From positions 136,028,001 to 136,092,000 of the forward strand of contig OX597817.1 of assembly GCA_951406725.2 (NCBI GenBank): a stretch of DNA of 64,000 nucleotides, written 5' to 3'. The notes beneath the pieces are model-generated. The model saw nothing but the letters and a program-made list of their open reading frames with translations, did no database searches and was not told where the DNA came from. Within the stretch, counting starts at the first letter, position 1. Each line of letters begins with the position of its first letter. This DNA is from Octopus vulgaris. Its lineage: Eukaryota. The translations under genes and the position numbers were made by a program. This document shows, one piece after another, positions 28,130 to 44,221 of the stretch.

Positions 28130-28575
28130 AACCGAGTAAGCAGTTCTATGAATCCCAAATGTCCACAGATCTCCATTTCTACCAGATGTGCCATTTATTT
28201 TTGCTTTCACGTTGCTAAATTCCGTTTATTCCAACTTTCAGATCTCTGTACCTTCTTCCGGACAATGTTTTCCACAGAAAGTATCGAAATGTCTATCAGT
28301 ATACAGATATTTTCCATTCCAGCCCTTGGTCATTCTACTCGGACCTTTTGCCTTTCTGCCAAATCAGTCTGGACAGGTATGTCCCAGATTCTTGCTGTCC
28401 AGTCGTTGCCACGTAACGTGTTTGGTGTTAGTTTGTACCACATCGTATGTGTTTTCACGCCGAAGTAACAGCGTATTACTAGGTGGCCACCACTGCCAAG
28501 TAGACTGCATCTGTGGATATATTCGGAGTTTGCAAGAATTGGGCGACTTTATATGATGCAGTCAAGCGTCTCACT
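28130..28575 (-). mobile_element. Degenerate Dong-like RLE LINE fragment
   Basis: Minus strand WDIPVQTD..ICILIDIS-like RLE motifs with frameshifts. Confidence 0.6.
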
Positions 28576-28577
28576 AT

Positions 28578-28656
<79 letters not shown>

Positions 28657-29260
28657 TCATTATCATCATCAATGCTATAAAACAGACATCATGTCGTGTT
28701 TACATCAGAAGGTAGCCAGCCATAACCAATGGTCAAAGTTCCTTTGAGATCCTTTAATCAGCTCAATTTTTAATCCCTTCAGTCTCTAGTCGGTTCAGCC
28801 CTTTAAGCCCCGGGACCTATGAGGTCCCCAGTAAAACAGACTTCCTTTGATATAGCTCACTTAGAATTTCGACCCCATTTTCTCTCTCCCCTCCCAGGTT
28901 ATTCTATTATTTCCATAACCCCACACATCCTACCCCCTTCTTTTTCCATGTTCTGATTTGATGACCTTCACGTAGTACCCGACATCACCCCCTTTAACAC
29001 CTACCGGACGAGGGGGCCATCATTTTTATAATTCCCACCCTCTTCCATTCTACTAATTTGACTAAAATAAAAAATTAGTGAGTTCCAGGTGACACAGTGA
29101 CCAATATTTTTGTCAAGACACCATCTCCATAGCGATGGCCATCACCAACGAGTCAATCCGAATTAAGTAACATAGTTATACACCACCCCCACCACAAACC
29201 CATCTAGTATTTCTAGATCACGGAAGCCAATCCGGTATCATTATTATTATCATTATTGTT

Positions 29261-29373
<113 letters not shown>

Positions 29374-29588
29374 TAAGGCGGTGAGCTGGCAGAATATTTT
29401 GCACGCTGGTGGAAATACTAAGCGGTATTTCGTCCATCTTTGCATTCTGGGTTCAAATTACGCCGGGGTCGACTTTGTTTTTCATCCAATCGGGGTCGAT
29501 AAAATTAGTACCCAGTTGAGAACTGGGGTCCATGTAATCGACTAGTCCCCACCCCCAAAATTTCAGATCTTGTGCCTATAATAGAATG

Positions 29589-29645
<57 letters not shown>

Positions 29646-29887
29646 GTTGTTGTTGTTGTTGTTGTTGTTGTAAGGCGGCGAGCTGGCAGAATCGTTAAGC
29701 ACGCCGGATGAAATGCTTATCTGCATTTCATCTGTCTTTACGTTCTAGGTTCAAATTCCACCGAAGTCGGGTCTGCCCTTCATCCCTCTCGGACTCAAGA
29801 AAATAAGCACCAGTTGACCACTGCGGGTCGGTGCAATCGACCCCCAGCCTCCCAAAAATTTCAAGTCTTTTGCCTATAGTAGAAAGG

Positions 29888-29890
<3 letters not shown>
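29374..29890 (+). mobile_element. Two tandem SINE family 3 copies separated by (TTA)/(TTG)n
   Basis: Both start AAGGCGG.GAGCTGGCAGAA and carry the B box and central domain. Confidence 0.85.
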
Positions 29891-29921
<31 letters not shown>

Positions 29922-30659
29922 CCACCACTACCATCACCACCACCACCACCACCATCACCACCACCACCACCACCACCATCACCATCACCACCACCAAAAC
30001 CACCACCATCATCATCATCATCATTTAGGGTAGTGATAGGCAGAAATGGTAGAGGGTCGGAAGGGAACATATTGCGGTATAAGTGGCGAATTATTACGTT
30101 TTGAGTTCAAATCCCACAAGGGGAAAACTTTGTGTATCATCTTTTCGAGGTCGAAAAGATTAAGTATCGGTCAAATTGTGGGACCCCACTTCCCTCAAAT
30201 GTTGCTTTTAATAAAAAAAAAAGAAATTATTTTGATTTTTCTTCAACTTTTAAATTCAGATTTCTCCATTTACGTTGATTTAATTAATTCATTTTAATTA
30301 ACAAGTTCCCCTAATTAATAAAGTTTATTGCATTTAAGTTGTTAAAGTTATAAACTTTATCTAAAATATTTTAAAAATATTATTTTATAAATATATAAGT
30401 GAATTATTAAAATTATTTTATTTAAATTTACAAAGTGAATAAATAATGTTAAAATATAATTAAACTTTAATTATTTGTTAAAATAAATTTAAATAGTTAA
30501 ACATAATTTAAATTTTTAAAGTGAATTAATTGTTAATGTTATATTTTAATTAAATAATTAAAGTAAACTAATTGCTGGAGTTAACTTCATTTAAATTATT
30601 TAAATGAAACATCAAAAAAAGAACGCCGTTAATTAAATTTTAATTGCAGAAGTTGGAAG

Positions 30660-31050
30660 TCCGATTTAATACTGGGAGTAAAATAACACTTTGTGGGCGG
30701 AGTTGTGTCGGTTTTTCTGGGTTTAGCAGTTTTTCTTAAAAAAACATGGAAAAACTAATCAGTGATTAGTCAAAATGTTTGTTTAGCCCCGCCTTTCAAA
30801 AAACATTTCAACCAATGACATTAACCAGTTGATGACAACCAGCGAAAACACCCGCACGCACACACATACATGCATACATACACATATACACACACTAACA
30901 ATACTTTAGAATAAACTACGGTAGAGCAACCGTGTCATATTTTCTGACAAAGCATTCACTTCCGGTCACAATACAATATCTTTTTGTTTTTTCCTGTCGT
31001 AGCGGCAGAAATGGTCTTTTGGGTGAGGCGGGGTGGGGGTTGGGTGGAAT
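30660..31050 (+). promoter_or_regulatory. Candidate promoter/regulatory island
   Basis: Unique sequence with GC boxes (GGGCGGAG, GCCCCGCC), CCAAT, ETS-type CACTTCCGG; motif-only evidence. Confidence 0.3.
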
Positions 31051-31066
31051 AATGTTTATATTTTGA

Positions 31067-31107
<41 letters not shown>

Positions 31108-31446
31108 TAATGTGTGAATATGTGTTTATGTGTGAGCGTGTGTGTGTGTGCGAATTTACGTTTAGGCCACAGCCAATAATGACAAACTTGATGGTGGTGG
31201 CGGTGGTGGTAGTTACTATTGATGTGTGCGTCTCCGCGCGTGCATGTGCGTGTGTTTGCGTGTGTGTGTGTGTGTGTGTGTGCATGTATGTGTGTGTGAA
31301 TGTGTGTATGTGTGTGTGTGTGTGTGTTGTATTCTATCGTTTTCCCTCTCCTTTCCTCGTAATGAGACGTGACAAGATTTCACACAAGAAATTAGTCAAA
31401 AATAATTGCGAAACTGTAATTGTTTTTCTTCTTTTTTTTATGCACA

Positions 31447-31502
<56 letters not shown>

Positions 31503-31874
31503 CATACACACACATTTTTGTATACACACACATTCATGCACACAAACACACACACATTCAAAGCACACACGCACACACGTACACACGCAGTCATGCACTC
31601 ACGCACTTCGCAGTTACTCACACTAACACACACACACACACATTAACACACATGTACACACACACACACACATTAACACACACACACATTAGCACACACA
31701 TTAGCACAACACGCATATATTTATTTATTCCTAGCGTTGTATATTTTAGTCCATTGTTTCCCCTCACACGTCTGTCTGTCTGTCTGTCTGTCTCTATTTC
31801 TGTCAGAATTCACTCTGCCATCAGCCACACGGGCCACCTCCCTCTCTCTCTCTCTCACCCCCTCTCTCTCTCAC

Positions 31875-31913
<39 letters not shown>

Positions 31914-32153
31914 CTCACACACACACACACACACTCCCCCCTTCTCTCTTCTCTGTGTTTGCCTGTTGGTGTCTAGCACTGTCTGGCTTCTCTCCACCCA
32001 CTCCTCTCCCTGCTCTCCCTTCTCTCACCTTCTATCTCACCCTCTCACCCCCTTCCTCTCACTCAATCAACCATTCTTTCATTCAATATTAAATTCCATT
32101 CTTCGTCTTGATATTTCTTTCTTCCTTTCTTCCTTCCTTGTTGCTTTCTTCCC

Positions 32154-32197
<44 letters not shown>

Positions 32198-32374
32198 TCC
32201 TTCTTCTTCATCTTCTTCATTATCCCCCCTCCCACCACAATACCAATTTCTCCTCACACTATCCTCCACACCACATTTATTACAATCGCCCTATTGTGGC
32301 AATATTAATTACGCATCGCTTCCAAAATTTCCCTTATGGCCATCAAGCTTGGAAACGAAGACCGACACACACAC

Positions 32375-32569
<195 letters not shown>

Positions 32570-32620
32570 TAAATCCTATATATATATATATCTATGTATA
32601 TATACGTACATATACATATC

Positions 32621-32667
<47 letters not shown>

Positions 32668-32723
32668 CGCACATATATATACATATACATACATACACAC
32701 GCTCACACGCGCATATACATATG

Positions 32724-32810
<87 letters not shown>

Positions 32811-32812
<2 letters not shown>

Positions 32813-33010
32813 GACTGAACACGAAAAGTGGACAGTCAACATGCTAGATATAGACGTCAAATCGTCATTCTCCACAAAAGATTATGTTCTCAGATCAAAC
32901 TCAACACAAAAGTGAGTTGAGTTTGATCTGAGAACATAATCTTTTGTGGAGAATGACGATTTGACGTCTATATCTAGCATGTTGACTGTCCACTTTTCGT
33001 GTTCAGTCCT
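32811..33010. repeat. Perfect palindrome, 95-bp arms with 10-nt spacer
   Basis: 32811-32905 is the reverse complement of 32916-33010. Confidence 0.93.
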
Positions 33011-33102
33011 TAATTGGTATATATAAATATTTTAATCTTCGGATTCTTTTTTAATATGCTAGACCACTGGTCTTAATTGATAAATATCAATTTCTACCCT
33101 TA

Positions 33103-33195
<93 letters not shown>

Positions 33196-33648
33196 TTATA
33201 TATACATATATATACACACTTTACGGAAAGGTGTGTATATATACATGTATGTGTATGTATGTATACATTATGAATCTTGTGTGTCTGTGCATGCATGTAA
33301 ATATAAATGAGTATGAATATGTATATGTATACATATTATATATATGCATATATATGCATACATATATTATACATATATCTGTGCGCGTGTATGCATATAT
33401 ATATATATATAAACATGTATATATATATCCATATAATATATATATGTATGTGTGTGTTTCTTCTTTTGTTATTTTTCTCGTTTCAGTCATTAGACTGCGG
33501 CCATGTTGGGGCACCCCGGAGAGTTTATAGTCGAATGTATCCACACCGATACCTTTTTTTTAAACCTGCTAAGTTACGGGGACATAAACTCACCAACACC
33601 GGTTATCAAACGGTGGAGGCGAAGACAAGTACAGGTACACATACACAC

Positions 33649-33709
<61 letters not shown>

Positions 33710-33794
33710 ATATATATATATCATATATATATATATACATACATACATACACACATACATACACACATATATATATATATATATAAATATATAC

Positions 33795-33839
<45 letters not shown>

Positions 33840-33848
33840 TACATATAT

Positions 33849-33978
33849 GTGATATGGCCGTAAGCCATATCACGTTGAAAGCACCGGTTCTCGTCCGATC
33901 ACCGTAGTTAAGCAACATCGAGCCTAGTTAGTACTTAGATGGGTGACCGCTTGGGAAACCTAAGTTCTGTAAGCATTT
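33849..33978 (+). rRNA. Dispersed 5S rRNA pseudogene/retrocopy with inverted 5' end
   Basis: 33864-33974 GCCATATCACGTTGAAAGCACCGGTTCTCGTCCGATCACCG..AGTTAAGC..GTTAGTACTT.GATGGGTGACCGCTTGGGAA..CTGTAAGC matches metazoan 5S from nt 8; 33849-33865 is the reverse complement of 5S nt 1-17. Confidence 0.92.
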
Positions 33979-33985
33979 CCTTATA

Positions 33986-34396
33986 GGCGCAGGAGTGGCT
34001 GTGTGGTAAGTAGCTTGCTAACCAACCACATGGTTCCGGGTTCAGTCCCACAGCGTGGCACCTTGGGCAAGTGTCTTCTGCTATAGCCTCGGGCCGACCA
34101 AAGCCTTGTGAGTGGATTTGGTAGACGGAAACTGAAAGAAGCCTGTCGTATATATGTATATATATGTATGTATGTGTGTGTATATGTTTGTGTGTCTGTG
34201 TTTGTCCCTCTAGCATTGCTTGACAACCGATGCTGGTATGTTTATGTCCCCGTCACTTAGCGGTTCGGCAAAAGAGACCGATAGAATAAGTACTGGGCTT
34301 ACAAAAGAATAAGTCCCAGGGTCGATTTGCTCGACTAAAGGCGGTGCTCCAGCATGGCCGCAGTCAAATGACTGAAACAAGTAAGAGAGTAAAAGA
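33986..34396 (+). mobile_element. tRNA-SINE family 1, full length
   Basis: A box TGGCTGTGTGG, B box GGTTCAGTCC, ACCTTGGGCAAGT, internal microsatellite, CR1-like tail GGTGCTCCAGCATGGCCGCAGTCAAATGACTGAAAC. Confidence 0.9.
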
Positions 34397-34427
<31 letters not shown>

Positions 34428-34843
34428 AGGGGCTTCTTTCAGTTTCCGTCTACCAAATCCACTCAGAATGCCTTGGTCGGCCATAGGGTATAGTAGAAGG
34501 CACTTGTCCAGCCCGGAACCTGAACCCGTGAGGTTGGGAAGCAAATTCCTTACCACAGGGCCAGGCCTGCGTCTATGTGTGTGTGTGTGTGCGTGTGTGT
34601 ACTAGGGGCTTCGTTCAGTCACCATCTATCAAATCCTGTTACAAGGCTTTGGTCAGCCCACAGCTGTAGTTGTTGGCATAAAACTCAGATGTCAGCCGTG
34701 GGATTCAAACCAAAGCCACGTGGTCGGGGTGCAACCTTCTCACCCCCACCCCCCGATATATACTTCTTCATATTCATATATGCATATGTGTGTGTGTGTG
34801 TTTGTGTATATACACAAGTCTTTCTCCTTCTCTCGCTCTCACT

Positions 34844-34891
<48 letters not shown>

Positions 34892-35060
34892 GCACGCGCA
34901 TACATACACACATATACATGGCTGTGTGGTAAGAAGCTTGCTTCTCAGCCACACGGTTCCAGGTTCATCCCCACTGCGTGGCACCTTGGCCAAGTCTCTT
35001 CTACTATAGCCACTGGCCGAGCGAAGTCTTATGAATGGGTTTGGTAGACGGAAACTAAAA

Positions 35061-35112
<52 letters not shown>

Positions 35113-35259
35113 TGTGATCACGTGACCGACCAGGCTATCAGATGTTACTACACCTCGCTGGTCACAATGCGCTTCGCATTGCTTTAGCCTTCAAATGACG
35201 CCACCCCGCTTGTTAAGCGAGCAAGCCAATATATATATAGGTGTGTGTGTGTGTGCGTA

Positions 35260-35291
<32 letters not shown>

Positions 35292-35415
35292 CGTGTGTAT
35301 TTGTATGTGTGTATATGTATATATATAAATATATATCTATGTATATATATATGTATATATGTATATATATATGTATATATGTATATATGTATATATATAT
35401 AATATATATATATAT

Positions 35416-35447
<32 letters not shown>

Positions 35448-35490
35448 TGTATGTATGTATGTATGTATGTATGTGTGTGTGTGCATGTGG

Positions 35491-35535
<45 letters not shown>

Positions 35536-35544
35536 GTGTGCGTG

Positions 35545-35750
35545 TGTGTTATATCGTTATATTTCGGAACGGTCATAATTTTTTTTCCAAATAAAACACA
35601 CGCACTGTATATTCGTTCTTCACTCGTTTATTACTGTTCTTCTTTTAATTCACGTCCATTCTCCTGAAACCTTTCGTCACACATCTGTGACTTCTTCAGC
35701 GACCCTTTCCGTCCACATGTGTCCTCCTGGTCCGATTAATCCACAGACAC
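35545..35750 (-). mobile_element. Penelope-like pLTR relic with decayed hammerhead (35664-35703)
   Basis: Minus strand CTGAAGA-A-GTCAC(AGATGT)GTGAC-GAAA-GGTT; stem I imperfect. Confidence 0.5.
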
Positions 35751-35924
35751 AGACTCAAAGAGACACAGGCACACACACACAGACACACACACATACACAT
35801 ATACAGAGAGGGAGAGAGAAAGTGTGAGAAAGAAACAGAGAGAGAGAGAGAGGTAGAGAGAGAAGAGGATAGATAGAAAATAGAGATATAACATATAGAT
35901 GTATGTATGTGCGTGTGTGTGCGC

Positions 35925-35996
<72 letters not shown>

Positions 35997-36095
35997 ATAG
36001 ATAGATAGATAGATATGAACGACAACCCTATCCATTTCTGGTCAATGCACGGTGATCTCTTATAAGCTTTGAACTCATAAAATATTATATATATA

Positions 36096-36136
<41 letters not shown>

Positions 36137-36373
36137 TAATTTATGTGTTTGTATATATAATGTGTGTGCGTGTGCGTGAGTGTGTGTGTGTGTAGAGAGA
36201 GACAGACAGACAGACAGAAAGATAAATAGATATAGATAAATATATATACATATATGTATATATGTATATATATATATACATATATATATACATAAATATA
36301 TATATGTATGTATACATATATTTTTATATATAATGTATATTTATCTACGTATATATGTGTATAATGTGTGTGC

Positions 36374-36411
<38 letters not shown>

Positions 36412-36737
36412 TTGCACACACGCACACACACACGCATTAGAAGCCCATGAGAACTCCATGTATCTGTTTTTATATCAAAAGAGAAAACTTCGATGAGAAT
36501 ACATGTAATGAATTTATACAAAGATTATATATATATATATATATTATACATAAAAGTAAATGGGTTGTGTGTGCAGATGTAATTTTTAATTTATTCTTTT
36601 ACTACTTTTAGCTCGAGAACCGTGACCATACCGGAGCAAGAATTTTTTGTTGTTTCCTTTTACATAGGAAAAGTTCCTTCCAAACCATGTGAACATGGTT
36701 TGAGGGACGTAAAACAAATCTGACAATGGGCCTTTCC

Positions 36738-36769
<32 letters not shown>

Positions 36770-37202
36770 CCGAATTTGCGTGCTTGTATGTGTGTGTGTG
36801 TGTGTGTGTCTGCCTGTCTGTCTCTGAAAATGTCCGCGTGTCAGCGTGTGTGTGTGAATGTGTGTGTGTGTGAATGTGTGTGTGTGTGCGTGTGTGTGTG
36901 TGTGTGTGTGTATGCGTGTGTGAATGTGTGTGTGAATGTGTGTGTGTGCGTGTGTGCGTGTGTGTGTGTGTGTGTGTGCATGCCTGAATGTGTGCGCATG
37001 TGGATGTATGTGACGAGCGTGTTCCTTAGTGTGTCTATGTGTGTGTGTGTGAGCCTGTGTGTTTTTATGTAAGTTTGTGTGTGTGTGTACACACGTATGT
37101 GTATGTGTGTCTGTCCACACTGGAATTTTATCAATAGAGATTTGTTTCGCACAAATCACCATCTTACGATTTATACACCTACTAGTATATATATGTATAT
37201 AC

Positions 37203-37241
<39 letters not shown>

Positions 37242-37383
37242 CGTGTGTGTGTGTGTGTGCACGCACACACACAAATAGACAGACAGGTGCGTTGGTATAT
37301 ATAGAATATATAGTATACATATATATATATGTATATATATATATGTATGTATATATAGGCATATATATGTGTGTTTATAAATG

Positions 37384-37421
<38 letters not shown>

Positions 37422-37451
37422 AATATGTATATATACAAATATGTATATATA

Positions 37452-37520
<69 letters not shown>

Positions 37521-37618
37521 GTAAATATATATAAATATGTACATATAGAAATATGTATATATATGTGTCTGTGTGTGTGTGTGTGTGTTCGTGGTTGCAT
37601 AAAATATACGTACACGTA

Positions 37619-37655
<37 letters not shown>

Positions 37656-37911
37656 TAACATTATATGTATAATATAAATATATTCAAATACGTATATGTG
37701 TGTGTGTGTGTGCGCGCGCGCGCGTGTTTATCAAAGTTTTACGAAAAGAGGGATAATAGTGACTTCGAATTTTCGTCCCACCTGCTTCGTTAGATTTGCT
37801 GATTTTCTTCTAAAAGTTTAATAAACTTGTCTTCTGGTAAAATTGCAACAAAGGCGCTTCTTCAGTTTCATCTTAAATCGTTTATATTATAACTCGATTC
37901 AACAATTTAAT

Positions 37912-38302
<391 letters not shown>

Positions 38303-38519
38303 CTATCTGATACGCAATCCCTTTTGATTTTTTTTTTTTCACGATCCCCTTTGATCGGAATTTTATATTTCTCCTTTTTTTCTCTTATTTATAAAGAAAA
38401 GCTCTACATCGTAATTTGGCCCCTGTGTGGCTAATAAAGAGACTATCTATCTATCTGTCTGTCTGTTAGTCCATCCTTCCGTCCGTCCCTCCGTCTATCT
38501 ATCTATACATACATACATT

Positions 38520-38555
<36 letters not shown>

Positions 38556-38627
38556 TATGTGTGAGTTTATTACCATGCGTGTCTATATATGCATGTATGT
38601 ACATGCATACATACATACATACATACA

Positions 38628-38660
<33 letters not shown>

Positions 38661-38851
38661 CTATATATCTATATCTATATATAATATATATTACTATGTA
38701 TTAAATTTACACACACACACATATATGTATATCACACACACACACACATGCACTCACATGCACACACCCATACAAACGAATTCTTTCAGTCTTATAACAA
38801 ATTTCAGCTCGAAGGCTTTGGGAATTTTGGAGAAATATCGGCAACACGCAC

Positions 38852-38951
<100 letters not shown>

Positions 38952-39095
38952 GTGTGTGTGTGTGATACATAAATAAGTGTGTATATATAAATATATGTAT
39001 GTTTGTATTTATGTATGTATGTATGTATGTATATATATATATATATATATACAGAGAGATATATATATACAGAGAGAGAGAGAGAGAGAGAGAGA

Positions 39096-39287
39096 GGCGT
39101 AGGAGTGGTTGTGAGGTAAGTAGCTTCCTTATGAACCACATGGTTCCATGTTCAGTCCCATTGCGTGGCACCTTGGCTAAGCGTCTTCTGCTATAGCCTC
39201 GGGTCCACCAAAGCCTTGTGAGTGGGTTTGGCAGGCGGAAACTGAAAGAAGCCCATCGTATATATGTATATATATATATATATATAG

Positions 39288-39327
<40 letters not shown>

Positions 39328-39535
39328 GTGTGTATATGTTTGTGTGTCTGTGTTTGTCCCACCAACATCGCTTGACCACCGATGCTGGCATGTTTAAGTC
39401 CCCGTAACCTAGCGGTTCGGCAAAAGACACCGATAGAATAAGTACTAGGTTTACAAAGAATAAGTTGACTAAAGGCGGTGTTCCAGCATGGCCACAGTCA
39501 AATGACTGAAACAAATAAAAGAGTAAAAGAAAGAG
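39096..39535 (+). mobile_element. tRNA-SINE family 1, full length
   Basis: Same head, body and tail as 33986-34396. Confidence 0.9.
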
Positions 39536-39586
<51 letters not shown>

Positions 39587-39902
39587 ATGTGTGTATATAT
39601 ATATATCCATATTTGACTGTGTGCATGTATATGCGTGATTATATGTGTGCTCGTATACATATGAATATAGGTACACAGGCATGCGCACGCGTACATGCAC
39701 ACACACACATACACACACTGACATATATAGGTGATGCGTGTGACCGGCCTAGTGAGCAAAGTACTGGTATCACAAACGAAAAGTTATCGGTTCTGTCCGT
39801 TATTTGCGATGCACCGTACACATCTGGGACCAGTCACTTCCTTTCACGTAGACTGGCAACTTGGATTCAAATTAATATTAGTCGACGACTAGTGCAGATT
39901 TC

Positions 39903-39993
<91 letters not shown>

Positions 39994-40309
39994 ATACCTT
40001 TATCTTAAGTTGGTTCTATGGTTGAGACTCAAGAGAGAATTGTTTCTTCGTGACTACAGTGTCATCAAAAACGGTGAAAATAACTGATGCTTATGGAGTT
40101 TTTTGCTTTATATATATGCAAGTATGTGTATGTGTGTGAGTGTGTGCCTGTGTGTATGTATTGTGTATGTATGTATATATATATATTATATGTAGAAAAA
40201 TACAAACTGGGACAAGAACGTAAAACATTTAGAAGACGATACAATAAACACGAACGGGACATTCGAAGCCTTCAATCTTCAGTCAAAAACCGGATCATCC
40301 TAGCAATTT

Positions 40310-40421
<112 letters not shown>

Positions 40422-40546
40422 ATGTAAATACATACATATATATATATGTACTCATATACAGATAAAAGTATCTACATACTATATCTCATGTTATATATGT
40501 GTGTAAGGATATACATACATATATGCATACATACATGCATATATAC

Positions 40547-40601
<55 letters not shown>

Positions 40602-40846
40602 TATGTGTGTGTATATATATATATATATATATACCTATATATATGTATGTATATATGTATATATGTAAGTATATATATATTTTATATATATATATATATA
40701 TCACCGTGATCACTGTGACCGACCAGGCTATCAGATATTGCTACACATCGCTGGTCACAATGCGCTTCACATTGTTTTTTAGCCTTCAAATGACGCCACC
40801 CCGCTGGCTAAGCGAGCAGGCCATATATATATATATATATATATGC

Positions 40847-40895
<49 letters not shown>

Positions 40896-41031
40896 TGTAC
40901 ATGCATATATATGTATATACACATGCATATACGGGTACAGGACGTTATAGAACTTAAACAACATGAAATACGAAATACGAGAACATGGAATACGAACTTT
41001 TTTTGCGAACACCGAAAGAAACAAATGGAAC

Positions 41032-41064
<33 letters not shown>

Positions 41065-42003
41065 TGTATGTATGTATGTATGTATGTATGTATGTATGTA
41101 TGTATGTATGTATGTATGTATGTATGTATGTATCTTTTGGGGTCACTGGTTCTCGAAGTCCATCACATAATGCTTTAAATGAAAACATATAGGTATTGCC
41201 TTGAAATGTTCTTTGAGATAGAAAAAGTCGAAGAGTAATCCAAAACAGATTTTTAGTCAAATTTCACCTGCTTGATGTGATGTGCTTCGGGATCCAATAT
41301 TTCAAAAAAGAATTACATGAAATTAAACGCAATAGAGGGCATTAAAACGTTCGGGTAGATAGACGATACAAAGGCAGACAAGAGAAATAACAATTAGAAG
41401 GACAGGCAAAAAAAAAAAAAAAAAAAGATAGCTCACTCTTGGCTTTCTTTCATCAGTCAAGTCCCAGAAGTCATGACATTTCGGGCAGTTACACTTGAGA
41501 TGGTTCTTTCTGGTTGTCCCCCAAAAAGTCTAAGCTAAGAGCATTAGACCCCTTTGTAAGAAAGCTAGCAAATGTGTACGGCAACAAAGACAAAAAAAAA
41601 CGGAGAATATGGTACACAATTACGAATAAAAACAACAAAAAATAACAACAGGTGTCTTTCGACTGAGAACGAATCCAATTGAGCTGTCGTGTGTATGAAG
41701 TGAAAGCCTACACCAATGAAAAGAAGAAGACAAAGAAAATTCTTTGACACATCCTTAATTTTAAGTTACAAATGTTTCGCTACCATTTCCATTTGCATCG
41801 CCAGTTTACGCGAAAATTTAAAGATTTTAGAAGACGTAATATTTGCGGTTTTAGGCGTTGGAAAGACACGTCATCAGACTTGCATCAAAGTCGTGCTATT
41901 ACGTTGTGCGTCTGTCAGACGCTGTCATTAGGAAAATAACGGCAGGAAATATATATACATATTTGCATTGGATGTATACATGTGTGCGTATGTGCGTGCG
42001 TGT

Positions 42004-42036
<33 letters not shown>

Positions 42037-42562
42037 CGTGCGTGTGTGCGTGTGTGCGTGTGTGTGTGTGTGCGTGCGTGCGTGTGTGCGTGTGTGTGTT
42101 CCCTCTTTTAAATTTAGAGTAAATTTTGACCGGCCACCCGCTTGGTATTAAGGTTGCAAAGAGACTTCATCAACCTTTATTTCTTAAGGTCTTGCAGATT
42201 TATATTGTCCCCGACATTGCGATCGTTTGTAGTTTATGAATTAAGAATCTACATTCTCTCCCCCAAGATCCCAAGTTCAGCCAGTCTTTGCTCCAGACGG
42301 GTCGGTCTGCATCTTACTGCTCTAATAAGAGAAGGTATGAAGAAGAAAATGTATCTTAGTTACTGGATTTGCAAACTCCTCCTCAATGATCAATAGATGT
42401 CCTCTTTCTCTTGTATTTTTCTAACCACGCTGGTGTCAAGATGGCGGCCGATTTCCACAACCGAACATACGAGAGTATGCAGACAAGTACGTGTGAATTT
42501 ATGTACTTATACATGTTGTGTGTGTGCGTGTGAATGCGCACACACAAATACACACACACACA

Positions 42563-42598
<36 letters not shown>

Positions 42599-42912
42599 TT
42601 GACTGGTAAATACATACACAACCTCAAATGCCTAAACTTAAACATATGGGTTTCATGTTCAACTCCAATCAGAGTACCCTTTAAATTTTAACTACTTTAG
42701 GTCGATAAATATCGTTAATATACTTTGATCGATGTAATCATCGATAAATATACTGTCTACCTTGATCCATAGCGACCCGGTTTCGATTCCTTATAAAGGA
42801 AGTTGAAAAGTAGAGGGTTTAGTTCAGAGATTCTTAACCGATTCTTAATCTTCTTTAGCTCAGTGGTCACCTTTACCGAATAGCATTTTACAAACCTTCT
42901 CTCCATAATTTT

Positions 42913-43016
<104 letters not shown>

Positions 43017-43025
43017 AATAATAAT

Positions 43026-43083
<58 letters not shown>

Positions 43084-43084
43084 T

Positions 43085-43480
43085 CTATGTAATCTCAAAT
43101 TTTAAAACAAACTCATAATTTTCTTAGGTTTTCTTAGACATTCTCTAGAACAATACTATGTGCAAAATCAAATATTTGACATAACACCGGAATGAACTTA
43201 TTGTCTCTTGAGGTCTTTGGGTGAGACTTGGGGTCAACTTGTTCAAATACAAAGCAAAAGTCAAACAAATAATGATAATAGGAGCCCTCGGGAACAACGA
43301 GCAAAAATCTAGAGAAGTACGTGGAACAAATAGGGGCTACAATAAGGGTGGAGCACTTGCAGAAAACAGCACTGCTTGGAACCGGTCAAATACTCCGGAA
43401 GATGCTGGAAAAATAAGGGGTGTTACCTTAGTTCACTAGTAGTGAACAGCTGGCACCATAGTACATGTCCAGCAAAGGCA
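43085..43480 (+). mobile_element. Two Dong-like 3' ends stacked in (TAA)n
   Basis: 43200-43268 matches the 3'UTR of the 22154 element; 43278-43415 encodes IIGALG..LQKTALLGTGQILRKML. Confidence 0.8.
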
Positions 43481-43486
43481 ATAATG

Positions 43487-44175
<689 letters not shown>

Positions 44176-44221
44176 AATAATAATAATAACAACAACAACA
44201 ATAACAACAACAACAACAACA

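Noticed and set aside
34340-34380. SINE tail stem plus GAAAC as a hammerhead half
   Set aside because: No upstream CUGANGA core; better explained as the CR1 recognition stem-loop.
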